64,000 nucleotides of DNA from Octopus vulgaris (lineage: Eukaryota): contig OX597818.1 in NCBI GenBank assembly GCA_951406725.2, forward strand, positions 113,150,001 through 113,214,000, read 5' to 3'. Positions 24,620 through 37,992 of the stretch are shown here, in pieces. The position numbers were made by a program, and so were the translations under genes. Numbering within the stretch: position 1 is the first letter of the stretch; every line of letters starts with the position of its first letter. The notes under the pieces are model-generated. The model was not told where the DNA came from and made no database searches. It was given only the letters and a program-made list of their open reading frames with translations.

Positions 24620-26774
24620 ATGCATGCGTCTGTGTTCGTGTGTGTGTATATGCATGCGTCTCTGTGTGTGTCTGCGTGTTCCTGTATATGTTGCTGTATG
24701 TATGTATGTGTGTGTGTGTAATCGAGAGGGTAGGAATGAGCCTCGCACGATGTGATATTGGTGTATTGGCTGCGACTTATTTCTCTGGTTATCTCTGCTC
24801 CTTTGGGCAATGTGTTTAGGATTTTCAATCTTTTTGAATTTTAACAATTTCATGATTTTGAGATGCTACTTTGAGGTTAACATTGACATTAAATATGCAT
24901 ATTTTTTTTTATCTGGCATCTGAACACACCTTTCCATTACTGTGTATATAATCGTTGAACGATATCCTCCGGGTTGTATTACTATTTAATGCCCCTAATT
25001 ACCTAAGCACTTCATAAAACTTAGTTTTTTCTTTCACTATTGATGTCTTTGCATATTTCCTTACGTAATTAACCTTGGGATATAAATATTTAACATGTTG
25101 TTTAATGGAGGCTGTTGCACATTTTCAATTCCCATAGTTGCATTATTAGTAAAACATTGAATATTTATAAATAGGATTATATCTTCCCTAACTTTTATTG
25201 CGATATATTGACATTTGAAACTGAACTTGTAACGCTTTATGTCCTAGAACTTCTTAATAGGGTAGAAAAAATTTAGTAATAGTTATATTTGGGAAATGCG
25301 ATAGAGAAACCGATCTTCCGATTAGAAAACTGTCTGTACTATCTAGTTATATAATTTGCTCTCTACCTTCAAATATTGAGCGTGTCTGCTCTATAGTTTT
25401 CACTTCTAAGACCAATTATATAAAAGACTCGGTGTAATTAGATATAGATCCTATTAATGTATGTGACTATATGCCAAAGATAGAAGTTGCGTTTTACAAG
25501 AACTGTGATATGTGAGGGAGAATGAAATACGGGTTACTCTCAAATAAAGATATGCGCATACACTTCATCCGCCTGTGTAAGCATAGAAGTAAACATTTAC
25601 CACTGAATGTCTTCAGAAAAATTCTCAAAGTTACATGAAGTCGTTTCCTTCCGTAAAATATATCCTTTATTATTTTCTGTTTCAAGTGTCGTAGAATGGG
25701 CAACATAGTAAGACTTGGCAGCAACACTCCTTCAGTATTTTTTTTTCCTAATATAAATGTTTATTTTCTTTGTCAAATTTATTCCACATCATATATTATA
25801 CATAGTCATGGCATTTCAAATAAAATCAGATATTTCGTTTTTTTGTGATCTTTGGCAGGCTCAAATATATCCAAGCAATAATACTTTGTAAAACAACGGC
25901 AGCTATTATATTTTGAATGTATTTGATAAATGGTTTGCAGACACGACGTCTCCTGCTTCGAATGCTTGGTTATTAATCATAATTCGTCAAATCAATTCCT
26001 GGAAGGTCATAGGGTTGTATCATTAAACAAGGTAGCTCATATCGCGTTACTTCGCTATACTTAACCGCATTGAAAGCCTGCCGGGTGCTGGCAATGCATT
26101 TCTTCCGGCACATATTATATCATGGATGTTTGCTAGTCAGGCGGGGCGTATATCCGCACGCCACTATATAGTCAACTAAAACAAATACAAAAACATGGTA
26201 TATAAACAGAGACCATTGTATAAAATCATATTCACTTGTATTTGACGGCTGCCTGGGAATTTGTGTCAAAAAGTGTTATTATAACAATACATAGATGCAC
26301 AATTGTACAAGTTTCTTCAGAATTTTTTTTCGGTTGTTTCATCCTGTGTAATATATATCCAAATTTTGTGCAACATGTTGGCAAGAATACCATGTTGTCG
26401 AAAAGCACTACTTTGAAAGAGGCATTTATGTATCTGCAGCTATTAATTTTAGTTTTACCTTTTATTCTTGTAGAATTCGGAAAATATATCATTAACGCTA
26501 AATATAAAGAAATGCTTATATTTCTTCGTTATACTTCGATACTTTGATAGGTTTCGGCCAGTAGTGGCCCAGGCTATGTCTAACTCAATAGCACCATCTG
26601 GCAAAATATATACACAGTTAAAATTCTCTCCGCGCCATTTTGACTTACACGTTCAACGGGGGGAACGGAAAGGACTCTGCAATAAGTGAGACAAACATTG
26701 ACCAACAAAATCCGCCAACACACCCCGAGTTTGTATGAAGGCGCGTGAATACAGTCTTGGCTTAATCGACTTAC

Positions 26775-28200
26775 TCTTCTGGTTGTCAAGGTGCCCGTAA
26801 ATGTTTTCTGAAAATATTCCTGCTTTCACCCTAATGGTAAACTAGTGATCGGTTTATAGTTGCTAGCTGCGTTACCCTTGCTCTTATCTTTCATAATGAG
26901 TAATGCCCCCCACTCTAGTCATCCAATCTGATATTATTCCTCCAATAAAGCAATCCTGAAGTTGTTCCCTCAGCCTCCCATGTAAACAACTGAATTACTT
27001 TACCCAATACCCTTGAACTAAATCTAGTCCTGGGCCCTTCCCTAACACTTAATACACTTGTTAGTCTTAGATCTGGTTGCTTCTTATTCACTGGTTTTTG
27101 CTTCAATTTATGATAGCGTACTGAATCTCCCACGTATTACTCCAGAACTTTCTAGTGTCTTCTGTATTAAGTTTCTCATCTTCAGTACTTCGTTTTCCAC
27201 TATTTCTTTGGTTATAATAATCTCCTCTGGCCTGTCTCAATCTGTTCTGTTAATACTCATTCTTTTCTGATATTAGGGGAGTTTTTCCTGTTACTGCTAT
27301 GACACGCGCTTTCAACTCAACTATTACTGTCCCAAATCCTTTCTCTTCGACTAATTACCTTTTCTCAGAAGATTTGTGTTTCCTAACATGTTCAGTTTCC
27401 AGGGTTGTTCTACTCAGATCATGCCTTAAAGTATTCAATTCGTTTTGTAGTCTCCTTTTCCAAATTTGCTATTTTTTTTAATAAGTCCCTGTGAAATATC
27501 TAATCTACCCTTTCTGCATGATCAATAAGTTAGCATCTATCCTACTGTTAACAGAATCCACCTTCCTAGTCATTTCTTGCAGCTACCTTATATTGGTTAG
27601 TTTTAATGCTTGCAATCTTTTTCTTACTTCTTTACTCATTAGTTCCTGCAACACATCTAAAATCTTATGATCTTCCTCATTTGAATCACTTCAGTGGCTA
27701 GCACCATGTGTCCCTTCCTTATTGGCAGCGTTATTATCTTTTTCTTTTCGGTTCATCTTTGGTTCGAACTGTATCTCTTATGTTCTTGGTCGTCTTTCCC
27801 ACTGCCTGGTCTTTCGTTTCCAGTTCTCTTGTGATCTCTTCTACCTCCATCTCTGTCAGCCCCTTTGTTTTCCTAATAGCATTAGCTTGATCAACTAATC
27901 TCTGCTCAGTCCCTTTAAGCACACCTTTCTCTACCCAAAGTGGTAACATCCCTTTTCTATAGCTCCTTCTTTCTTTTAGGTTCACTTTCTAAGTAGCACT
28001 GCATCTCTATCCTGTTTTGTGTGCTGGTCCTCTTTCCCTTTTTTACTCTATTATCTGCTAACGTTGTATTAGGGTAACAGCTGTGGTCAGTCTGCATCTT
28101 TACTGAACCACAGCCGAACAAGAGCCCTTCCTATGAAGGTCCGGCTTCATTTTTGCTGTTACATCCAATGGTTCTTCGGAAAAACCTATCTCTAATAAAC
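26775..28200 (-). pseudogene. R4/Dong-clade non-LTR retrotransposon relic (N-terminal region to start of RT)
   Basis: RRSYRKGMLPLWVEKG..TEQRLVDQANAIRK..LTEMEVEEI and LIMKDKSKGNAASNYKPITSLPL..SENIYGHLD; lies next to a TAA-type tract at 28297-28612. Confidence 0.8.
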
Positions 28201-28296
28201 TGAGGTAAGGTAATATTCGTCACCAGCGTCATCACCACTGTTATTTTTCGACGTCTTTCTACAAGCCGTCTATTGCTTTATTTGTTGCACCTCTGT

Positions 28297-28612
28297 TATT
28301 ATTATTATTAGTAGTAGTAGTATTATTACTGTTGTTGTTATTGTTGTTGATGTTGTTATTGTTGTTATCATCATTATTATCATTATTAGCGTTTTAGCTC
28401 GCTTCAAGCATTTTAGTACATAAGTAGAAAATGAAAAGGAAAAGAAAGCTTTGAACAATTCATTGTTAGAAGCCTTCATTATTTTCCCTTTTTTACTACT
28501 ACTATTACTATTATTATTATTATTATTATTGTTATGATTATAATTATTATCATTTTTTTTTGTTATCATTATCATCATTATTATTAGTAGTAGTAGAAGT
28601 AGTAGTAGCAGC
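28297..28612. repeat. Compound trinucleotide microsatellites (TTA/TAG/TTG/TCA)n
   Basis: Directly visible. Confidence 0.9.
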
Positions 28613-29599
28613 ATCTGCCGCCGCAGTGTTTCGTTGTATATCTAAAACTTGCTTTGTGAATCATTTCCACGTAAGTGGTGATCACTTAAAACACCGTTTC
28701 CTACTTCACATTACGTTTCCAATACAAGTTGGACTTCATTATTGTCTCATAAAATTTAAATACAGCCACACCAAGCTATATTATTTATTAACGATTACAA
28801 CATTCAGACTCGCAGACTCTTTCGATGTTCATTGTACAATGAAACACGATTGCTATGTACGTTTTGTATAATTGCTTTCTCTGAATATATTTATTTTATT
28901 GACATATAGCGAATATTTGATGAGTCCTGTTCTGTAAGTGATACCTTCCTAAATTATATCTTATCTTGTCTCCCTCATTTAACATCTTCATCAAGTGTTA
29001 AGATTAATCTGTTATCACGCTGATCTAAGTGCAGCAATATATTGCGCCATTTTCATTTCCTTCCCTCTTCGATTGAGTGCCAACGCAAACAAAAATTTAC
29101 CATCAAATTGACAATCAAACTATAAGCAACGTTCATTAGCTACTCATTCTTTCTCAACGGATCATCGATCTGTATCGTAATCAATGACATTCCAATAAAA
29201 ACCATTTGGTTTTTCTGTTTACATCAATAACTCAACCGACCAACGATTTTGATTATTGACTTTTGTTTTACGCAGCTATCTCTTTTTTATATTCATTTTA
29301 GTCCATTTATTTGGAGATTGTATTTTCCTTGTTATTTGTTTAGTATTTCCTCTAACAGAAATCATTATTAGCATTTGGGTTTTGTAATTTGTATTTTTTG
29401 TTTGTGGTATTGGCATAAGTCGCAGATTACTAGGAAAAGTGGATTGTTTCACATGAAATAGCAGTCGTATTTAGAGATTCTGTGATAAGTAGCTCATTGT
29501 AACTCTTGTGTTTATCTCTAATATGATATTGTTACTCTTAACTAGTTTTCCTCTTTTCAATCAGAGCCTCCAATCATTCCTGCTACGTACCAGATTTGT

Positions 29600-30300
29600 T
29601 CTTTACTGCCCTGCTATGGTGTCTATTGAACTTCATGGCCGACAAGCGAATATAGCATGAGACACTTCCTTGTCAGGAAGAAAAGTTGCAAAGGTGACAC
29701 AATATAATAGAAAAACTCAAACCAATAATTTTCTTCAACAAGGATAAGACCATTTTGATAAAGGCGCTCCTTCGCAAAAAAGATGATAGCCTACAGTTTA
29801 GTGACCAAAACTCTAACAAAATTAATACATATAGCAATCACCATATATTCATGGACGATTCTTTAAACTGCATCGATATAAATTTTTGGGTGCACTCCTT
29901 AGCATAACCGGAGCTCAATCTGTAACAAAGCCATTTCGCTTCCCATGTTCGCGTAGGCAAGTGTATCCTATTATTTTCTATATGTTTTACCATGACTTCA
30001 TTTGTTTTGGGCGTTGATGATGGTCAAGAGTTTCACGGTAGAACAGAAGCAAAATAGAACCATAAGTTTACTTGAATAATGTTTCTGGCATTAAATACCT
30101 CAGATATGAAGTAGCTGAATCATTACGAAAGGGCAACAAGAAGAAACGAGGGCAAGGATTAAGTAAAATAATTGAAGCGGTAGGTACATCTATATGAGGT
30201 ACATCTATATGAATAGTAGCTTATTTCGCAGGACAAGTTGCTGAAGCTTCGGGGCTGTGTTGGAAATCGAGATTGGTAACTCAATAACATATTCCAGCCA
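29600..30300 (-). pseudogene. Possible decayed hAT transposase relic
   Basis: GFVTD*APVMLR (~TDGAPxMxG) near 29900-29935, preceded by QLLHI; boundaries approximate. Confidence 0.35.
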
Positions 30301-30419
30301 CATTCCCAAATAATCGAAGCTGAAGCTCTCTCTCAATAACAAGCTAAATGTGGCTGTCTACTGCATTACTTTGGTTTCCTACCGCAAGGCCTATATATCA
30401 TGTGAACGTCATGCGTTGA

Positions 30420-31505
30420 GACTAAAACATCCTGAGAGATTCCTAAATGACAACCAATCTGATCCAGTCTCCTATTACTGCGTATCGGCTAAAACCCGAC
30501 GTTTCGAGTCAGAAACACTAGCCCAAGTGGAAAGAGCGTTGAAAGAATTATAGGAAGACATAGATAATGTATCGAAGGAGAGAGGATTCGGGAACATAGA
30601 GTTTGAAAAAATCCCCAATGGTTTGGACATCTGAGGGTTCCTAGCGTTTGTCGCACTGGAAGGGTCTGTAACTCTACTCGAACTGAACGAAATAGAGAGA
30701 GAGTTATGCTCTGGGACCGCAACACAGATTCTCCTCCAAATGAAACCGGAGGAGAAGGAAATGGTTGCAGACCCAGTATATTTACCCAAAGGTGTAGAGC
30801 TACGACTTGAAGGCAGAAAGCCATGCTACCATATATCTGGTACAGGAGGTCATTTCAGGGTATTTTGCCCCCAGCTTAACAAGTGGAAGAAGGATCCCAC
30901 TATAGTAGTTCCAACAAAAGCAGTAGCGTGTAGCAGAAACCGTAGTAGCACAAATGAGAAAGAAAGCGCCACCATTAACATCACCGGCCGCAGTAGCAAC
31001 AACAATATTACCAACAGCTACAGCACACAACAGAACCAGATACCGGCACCCAGGAAAATATCTAGCCCAGCTTCCCCTCTAGCAATCTCTCTCTTCCCCC
31101 ACCATCTTTCAGACATACACACACAGACACATGGGAACATATCCTTCTCTACTCAGACTCTCATCAGCTTCTCCCAACGAGGAAGTATTCTCTTGCGAGG
31201 AAGAGGTAAAACCACGCAATAAAAGGGCAAAAAAAAGCAATATCTCTCACTAGATCCAGAATATAGGGTTGGTCTGGTGGTTCCGTTCCAGAAGGCCTGG
31301 GCCTCGAGGTTCGGTCAATCAACTAGAACAGAAGCGGTAGCTGGTGGTTCTGTGCGTAAACAGTAGTGAAAGTGGTTCCTGTAGACTAGGCGCTGTGTTT
31401 GCCCCGACTGGGGATGGGCAGCTTGATTTCTTCGGGTTTTTAGAAGTTTTAGTATTAGTGGATGACTGGAACGCCGACTTCGATGCACGGCTGGATTGTG
31501 TGGAG
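30420..31505 (+). pseudogene. L1/Tx1-clade non-LTR relic: ORF1 with zinc knuckle plus APE endonuclease fragment
   Basis: EGRKPCYHISGTGGHFRVFCP (decayed CCHC); LVVLCV..RLGAVFAPT..Q.DFF..LE..LVLVDDWNA.FD.RLD (~VYAP..GDWN). Confidence 0.75.
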
Positions 31506-32082
31506 CTAGATGATAAGAGCAAAATTCATGGTTTATGCCTAGATCAGAAGCCGTTATCTTTTTATTTTTAATGTTCCCGTTCGTATTATTATTATCGTAA
31601 TTATAAATCATTATTGAACACACTTTTAGAAAACACACTTTTAAGAACGTATGGTTTTATTATCATCCTTACTAAAATAATTGCCGTCATCATCATTAGC
31701 AACATCATCATCATCATGCCTATTACCAGCTACATTATATTTTTAGCTATCGTTTGTTGTTAGTTTTTTTATATATAGTATTGTTCAATATAGAAATGTA
31801 TTCAGAGCGTAAGGCAATATTTTCTTGCCAAACATGTCAAATAAACTGAAAACCATTATTTATAATGCTGTCTAGTAAAGGAACACGCTTGATATATTAG
31901 AGCAATACAAGAAACATAACATAACGTTTGTAGTTGCAATATATATTTTGGTCTACACGTATGTTTAATAAGTTGTGTACATTTGTTAGGACTTGGAATC
32001 AGTCATCTTGAATAAAATCATGAGTTGTAACTACATTGCACTGGGTTGTATCAAATTAAAATGTGTATTTGCAACACATATT

Positions 32083-32570
32083 GCTTTCTACTCTAAGCAC
32101 AAGGCCCAAATTTTTCTTTTCGCGTGGGGGGCAGTCGGTTACATCGACACCAGTACGCAACTGGTACTTAATTTATCGATCCCGAAAGGATGAAAGGAAA
32201 AGTCAACCTCGGCGGAATTGAACTCAGAACGGAAAGACAGACGAAATACCCCTAAGCATTTTGCCTGGCGTGCTAACGTTTCTTATTTCTTATTTCCGAC
32301 CTCGGCGGAATTTGAACTCAGAACTTAGCGGCAGACGAAGTACTTATTTCTTTACTACCCACAAGAGGCTAAACACGGAGGGGACAAACAAGAACAGACA
32401 AAGGGATTAAGTCGATTATATCGACTCCAGTGCGTAACTGGTACTTATTTAATCGACTCCGAAAGGATGAAAGGCAAAGTCGACCTCGGCGCAATTTGAA
32501 CATAAAGACAGACGAAATACTGCTAAGCATTTCGCCCGGCGTGCTAACGTATCTGCCAGCTCGCCACCTT
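32083..32570 (-). mobile_element. Family B SINE composite with three body segments
   Basis: Three cctcggcg.aatt.gaac segments; both tail1 and tail2 present. Confidence 0.9.
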
Positions 32571-35500
32571 AATTGCAACACATATTAAAAAGCCAGCAGT
32601 TTATCAAATTACTTTGAATGTGAATTTTCTTACAAGCAACTGAGATAAATATAACTGAACATAAATGTAACAGTAAGGTATACGACTGATGACCGTATCG
32701 TTCTACTCTTTACATACCAACTTAAAGATGAAAATGAAAGTCTGCAAGCAATTACATTTGCCATTAGAGAGAATTTTTATTTGAGTAGATTATTGTAGAC
32801 AATAATTTTGTGGATTGATGGTGTGAGCGTTCTCAGCCTGAACTACTAACCTTCAGCTATCTTAATAACAATTCATTTTGAAATATCCGCGCTTGTGTGT
32901 CATTTCATTTTCATTCAAAATGCAGAATATATGCGTGCTGCCTGAGTGTGTGGTGCATGCGTGAGTACATCTACACGTTTGGTATGTATGTTAGTTTACT
33001 TTTCGTTTACCTTTACTTTGGCCATCTTTATTCCGGTTCTATTTGTAGATGAATGGTTCTCAAAAGGTCCAAACGAAATTTTGCTGTTACAATTTTGGGG
33101 GAAACAGATTGGTTATGCTTCTACAACACACGAAATGAGAAAATATGAATCAAATTAGTCCATAGACAAAAAAAACAGTTACGAACCACTACCTTAGATA
33201 GACATACATGTGTTTCTTCCTTTCTATTTCCTCTCCCGTTATCTGTATTTCACTCACACAAACCATCTCTCTCTTTCTTAGTTCGTAGTTTACTTGTAGC
33301 GCACAGGCATCGAATATTGTACAAGAAGCCTGCTTTCTGATTAACGGAATGTCTACACTCATAGCAACGGTTTCGCTTTTCAGTGTTATTTTACAATGGA
33401 AAGAAAAGAGTTTCACTAAATATCTGAGAGACAAGGGAGTTGACAAAATTAAAAATTCCTATATATTTTAGAGTCTGGTAATATTAACTCAACACTCTAA
33501 ACTTTTTCTTTCATTTAGCGCATTGCATTTATTATTATTCTTATACTTAATCTCTAAATAAGTTTGGATTTAGGAAAAAAATCATTTGCTTCGATATCCT
33601 GAGATCCAACTTTGCGGTTCACATCTGCACGTGCTGATCAAAGCAGCCACGGGCACCAGAACAGCAACAAATACGTTTCAAGATCTCAAAATAAATATCC
33701 ACATTGCATACCAAATGGTAACTAAAACTGGGTTTTTTTTCTGGTCCGCATTAACAACTCTATCGTCCAATTTTCAAGAATTTTATTTACCAACCTTCAA
33801 TCTGGATGGAAGCACAACAAATAAATACGGCATATTTTGATTTTCTTTTTCTCACAGTTAAGTCAATATACCCAACATAACGATTCTCAAACTTTTTTCC
33901 ATTCCAATTGCGCAACAGCACCGGCAGCCGTTCAGGAAATACGAATTCGCTTTTGACTTGGACGAAGAATTAATTCGAGTTTATACAGTACGCCGCCTTC
34001 ACTCTCTTTTAACTAACCATGACCTTTCCGTGGAGACAATTTGATCAATGCTTCTCTGCAGTTCCTAAGTTATCGCGTTCATATTTTGCTTCCTTCTGGC
34101 AGCCCTTCCCATTAAATGCATTTTCTAAACAGTCTGCTAAAAGTGGACAAATGTATTTTCTTATTAATAAATTATAAATTAATCAGCAGTGCTTAACATT
34201 TATTCCCACACATGCAGATGTGAGTTATAAACACTTCTGAGTTTCAGGCAATCTGATGAAATAAATTTTTATATATCCATGAGGTATCACATAATCAAAT
34301 GCATACAAATGAGAGCATATCGATAGATAGAAAGAAAGAACGAAAGATTGGTAGATAGATATATAGGTAGGTACGTAGGTAGGTAAAGTTAAAATGGTCT
34401 AGATATTAGAAATATTCATGTAACTGAAACATTTCTGAACAGATAAATTATTATATGCTATGTAGTTTACAGAAAATGTGAAATTTTATGGAACGAAAAA
34501 CGAAAGAATAAAATGTAACATCTTGTTTCTGCTCCCTGAAATAATAAATGGCTTTTACGCCGTCAAACTCTTATTGATACTAAAAGGGTTGTCAAGGATG
34601 AGGTTTACAGGTAAGAAGTGAAAATTTCCTCATATTCAAGTGATGGAGAATAGGCTGTATTGTGAATTGTAAAATGTCCAATTTTAAAACATAAATCATT
34701 TGCATTGACATATCTGACGAAAGAATTGTCAGCTGGAGAATACAAAGTGAAGCTAGAGTGGTCTTTATTCACTTTCGTGCTATATGCTGTATTTACTTTC
34801 AGTTCGACTCTAAAATGTTATTTGCCAAGACACACTCGGAGATGGGGTTAGATATTCAAATTGATCAATGAAATTGTTCTTGCAGCGTTTAAGGAGAAAT
34901 AAATAAAATGGATGACAGCAAACCGGAGGATAAAATTTTCCTACATCTACCATAACAGTGACCGAGGCAACTGCTGCAGTAAGTTCTTCTTAGCGTGAGA
35001 AGAACACACTAAAATACGAATAAACAAAGTGTTTCCTTTTCACATTTTCTAAGCGCGCGCGCACGTGTGTGGGTGTGTGTGCTTGTATGTGTGTTTGTGT
35101 TTACAGTACAATTCATACACTTACTCGAAATCATATGTAAGTGCACATGCAAACATTTTTACATTTAAAAAAAAAATGGGTAAACATAAACATATATATG
35201 CGCGTCCTTTTCTCGTCTCAATGCTATTGCAATTTTTATGTCTTTCTGCAGGTGTGTGTGGAGGGGTGTGTCCGTGTGTGTGTCCCCGTGTTTTTGCTTG
35301 CGATTCTTTTAAGCGCAAGAAGATGCCATCTCTAAGATTTACTCAATTTATAACTCTATGAGCGCCAGGCAGATTATCACTGGATTCTGAGGTACTCATT
35401 TCTTTTTGGTGTAAGAATAGATGTTGTCACGATTAGCCAGTGAACATTTTAAAATATATATGCATATTAGAGACAGAATTATCAGGCGAAGCCAGCGGTT

Positions 35501-35759
35501 GTTTCGGCACTGTGTTTTCTATACGTATATCGCGGGCGGGGAGTTGAGTCGCCACTGTCTCTAGTGGTCGAGTGTCCATCATTGACGAGACCAAGGCAGG
35601 TCGATATCACGTGATCTGGTTGTCTCGACGCTTGGGATGGCTGGATTTATTTCCCCACTAGAGCTCTAAGCATGTGTGCATTTTGCACTCAAAGCCAATA
35701 TGAGAGTTTCTCTCATGGTCTCTACCACACTATAACTTGTTCTAATAGAACATTCACGC

Positions 35760-36470
35760 TTAAATGGGGATAACTATTACCTTTTGGTGTTAATACCACC
35801 TCTGTCGCTAATATATATTGAGCGGAATTTGTCATGTCATGTCCTGGAATCCAGTATTTGTCCTCCATGAATGTTTAGTCTCATTCATAACATAAGTTTC
35901 GTTTGTCCAATCTAATCCTCATTGCATATATTGCGTATATTAAAGATTTTGAAGGGCAAGATAACTGTCCCGAATTAAATTTGTATGTTGTGTCCTCAAT
36001 AAGATTGTCACAAGTCCCACAGTTACAACGGCCACCTTTTTAACTGATGGAGTTGAGTTCGCAGTTTGTATTTTCACGTTGGTAAGGAAGTTGTTTTTAG
36101 GTATTTTGAAAGTTTTTGTCCTTTGATTATTTTGTATAATTCAAATGCTTCTTTTCATTCTTTGGTCTTTGCTCAATAACGGAATGTTCTGATGGACAAT
36201 TCCGACTGTTTTCTTTTCCGGATGTGTGTTGTAATTAAAGCGAAATTTTTTTTTCTTAGTAACTGAACTGTATTTGGTTTTTACTAATTCTTTAATGTCC
36301 ACTGCTTTGGAGCCTTGTGTTCCATTCTCTATTAAAGTAGACGGATATTTTTTTCTAAGTAGTACTTGTTGTAATTCTAAATTTCCGGATTGGGGACAAC
36401 TGTCTTCTAGCCAGACAAAATGTTTGTTTTGTTACCCGTTGGGTGATATGAAGTGAAGAGTAGATGCTGT
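35760..36470 (-). pseudogene. Penelope-like element relic (RT thumb, Cys linker, GIY-YIG; Neptune-like)
   Basis: LLFTSYHP..FCLARR..LELQQVLLRKKYPSTLIENG; CGTCDNLIEDTTYKFNSGQ; LSCPSKSLIYAI..CNED*IGQTKLML*MRLNIH. Confidence 0.8.
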
Positions 36471-36749
36471 TTAGAGACCATAGCATCGTAGCGGATGTGG
36501 GTTTTTATGTCCAAGACCTCCTTTATAATCAAATGTCTAAGAAAGGTCGCTGTTTATGGCTTAATTCCAATCTGAACTGAATACTGTTAATGATGCTATG
36601 GAACATGAATTTGAAATGATTCAATTCGTCTGTTTTACGTCCACACAGTGAAACAGTAATCTGCAACGTTTCCTGTTATTCCCGATATAATTTTGGACGT
36701 TGATACCGAACAATGTTTTAGATTGATCATACAACTGGAATAACAGAAC

Positions 36750-37045
36750 TGTCACCACCATCATCATCATCTGTCGTCGACATTGTCGTTGTTGTCATCA
36801 TTATCCTTGTCTTCGTCGTTGTCATCGTCGTCGTGGTTGCCGACGTCGTCATTATTTAACGTCCTTTTTCCGTGCTGGTGTGGGTTGAACGGTTTGACAG
36901 GAGCTGCCAAGGCCGGAGGCTGCACCGAGTTCCATTGTCTGTTTCAGCATTGTTTGTACACCTGGATGCTCTACCTAACGACAACCACTTTACAGAGTAT
37001 ACAGGGTACCAGCAACAGTGTTTTTTACGTGACACCAGCACTAAC
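36750..37045 (-). mobile_element. 3' end of a non-LTR (RTE-like) element or derived SINE with a (TGA/CGA)n tail
   Basis: rc ends ...agcatccagg...gcacggaaaaaggacgttaaa followed by a degenerate trinucleotide tail. Confidence 0.5.
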
Positions 37046-37606
37046 AGGGGCACTAAGTACCTTGCAAGTCAAAACTCTCTCACCCGGGAGGGACAGTAGA
37101 AACGAGGGGCTGTGACATTGTAATAACTGGGAGATGGACTCTTGAGGAACAGAGGGGCTTGCTTTGCTGTAATGTAGATGCATAGATACCCTAGTTGGCA
37201 AAGAGGGGAAAGTGAGTAAGATATCAAGTTAAAGTGAGCGGGAGAGATAGTAGCAGAGATGATGGCGAAGATGTGCGTGTGTTTTCATGTGCCTTTTGCC
37301 TGCATCTGTATATATACTTACCTGAATACATATCCCTACATATGAATACATACACATATAAGCACACATACGCGCACGCATACACACATATAGGAGGTGA
37401 ACAATAAAGCAAAGCAAACACATATTTGCATACCTTCTTCACACATTCCCGTGTCTAACGGTTTCGACTGAGGAAGTGTTGTTACTATGAATTTCTCTAA
37501 TGTGTCGGGTGTTGTTCAAACAGGGAAATAAATTTGTTATAGTATATGGCTCCGCATCGTATAGCAGTTCATTGTAACACACTAGAGGCTCAGCAAACAA
37601 AATATA

Positions 37607-37992
37607 TCTCTTCTCTCTCTATATAAACGGCAGTTTGTCTGTGCGTGTTTCTGTGTGTCTGTTTTCTTGTACCCTCACCCTGACCACGGCTTTCAACCGA
37701 TTCTGATGAAACTTGACACACACATAGCCCAATGTCATAATTCAAAACTAACGCAGCGAAAATTTTAAAAAGTTCCCCCAGTTCTGAAAAAAATCGATAA
37801 ATTCGACATGGGGTCGAGAATCAGAAACACAAACCGCAAACTGTCTAGGGGACGCAACTCCACCTTTTTTAACTAAAAAAAAAAATTTACCATTTTTTTC
37901 CATCTTTTTGCTATTTTTTGGCTATAATTCTCTAAAAATGCTTTATAGTTATTTCCCTTACAAACCTGAGCAACGCCGGGCGATACTGCTAG
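37607..37992 (+). mobile_element. Non-autonomous Helitron-like element
   Basis: 5' TC after A, ctatataaa start, (TGTC)-like tract, ccgattctgatgaaactt motif, subterminal hairpin cctgagcaacgccggg, 3' CTAG before T. Confidence 0.75.

Noticed and set aside
22717-24853. Long ORFs of 130-233 aa rich in YI/CV/HT (also 51672-52168)
   Set aside because: Translations of dinucleotide microsatellites and SINEs.
26548-26580. Minus-strand cctg-ggcca-ctac-tggcc-GAAAcc, like an HHR missing ATGA
   Set aside because: Core incomplete, stems I and III absent, single copy.
33193-34100. Possible minus-strand 5' UTR exon ending at AAG|GTAGTG
   Set aside because: Only a moderate donor match; no ORF or other support.
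37696-37715. CTGATGAAAC resembling a hammerhead core
   Set aside because: No stem II between the motifs; it is part of the CCGATT..ATGAAA.TT motif typical of Helitron-like elements.
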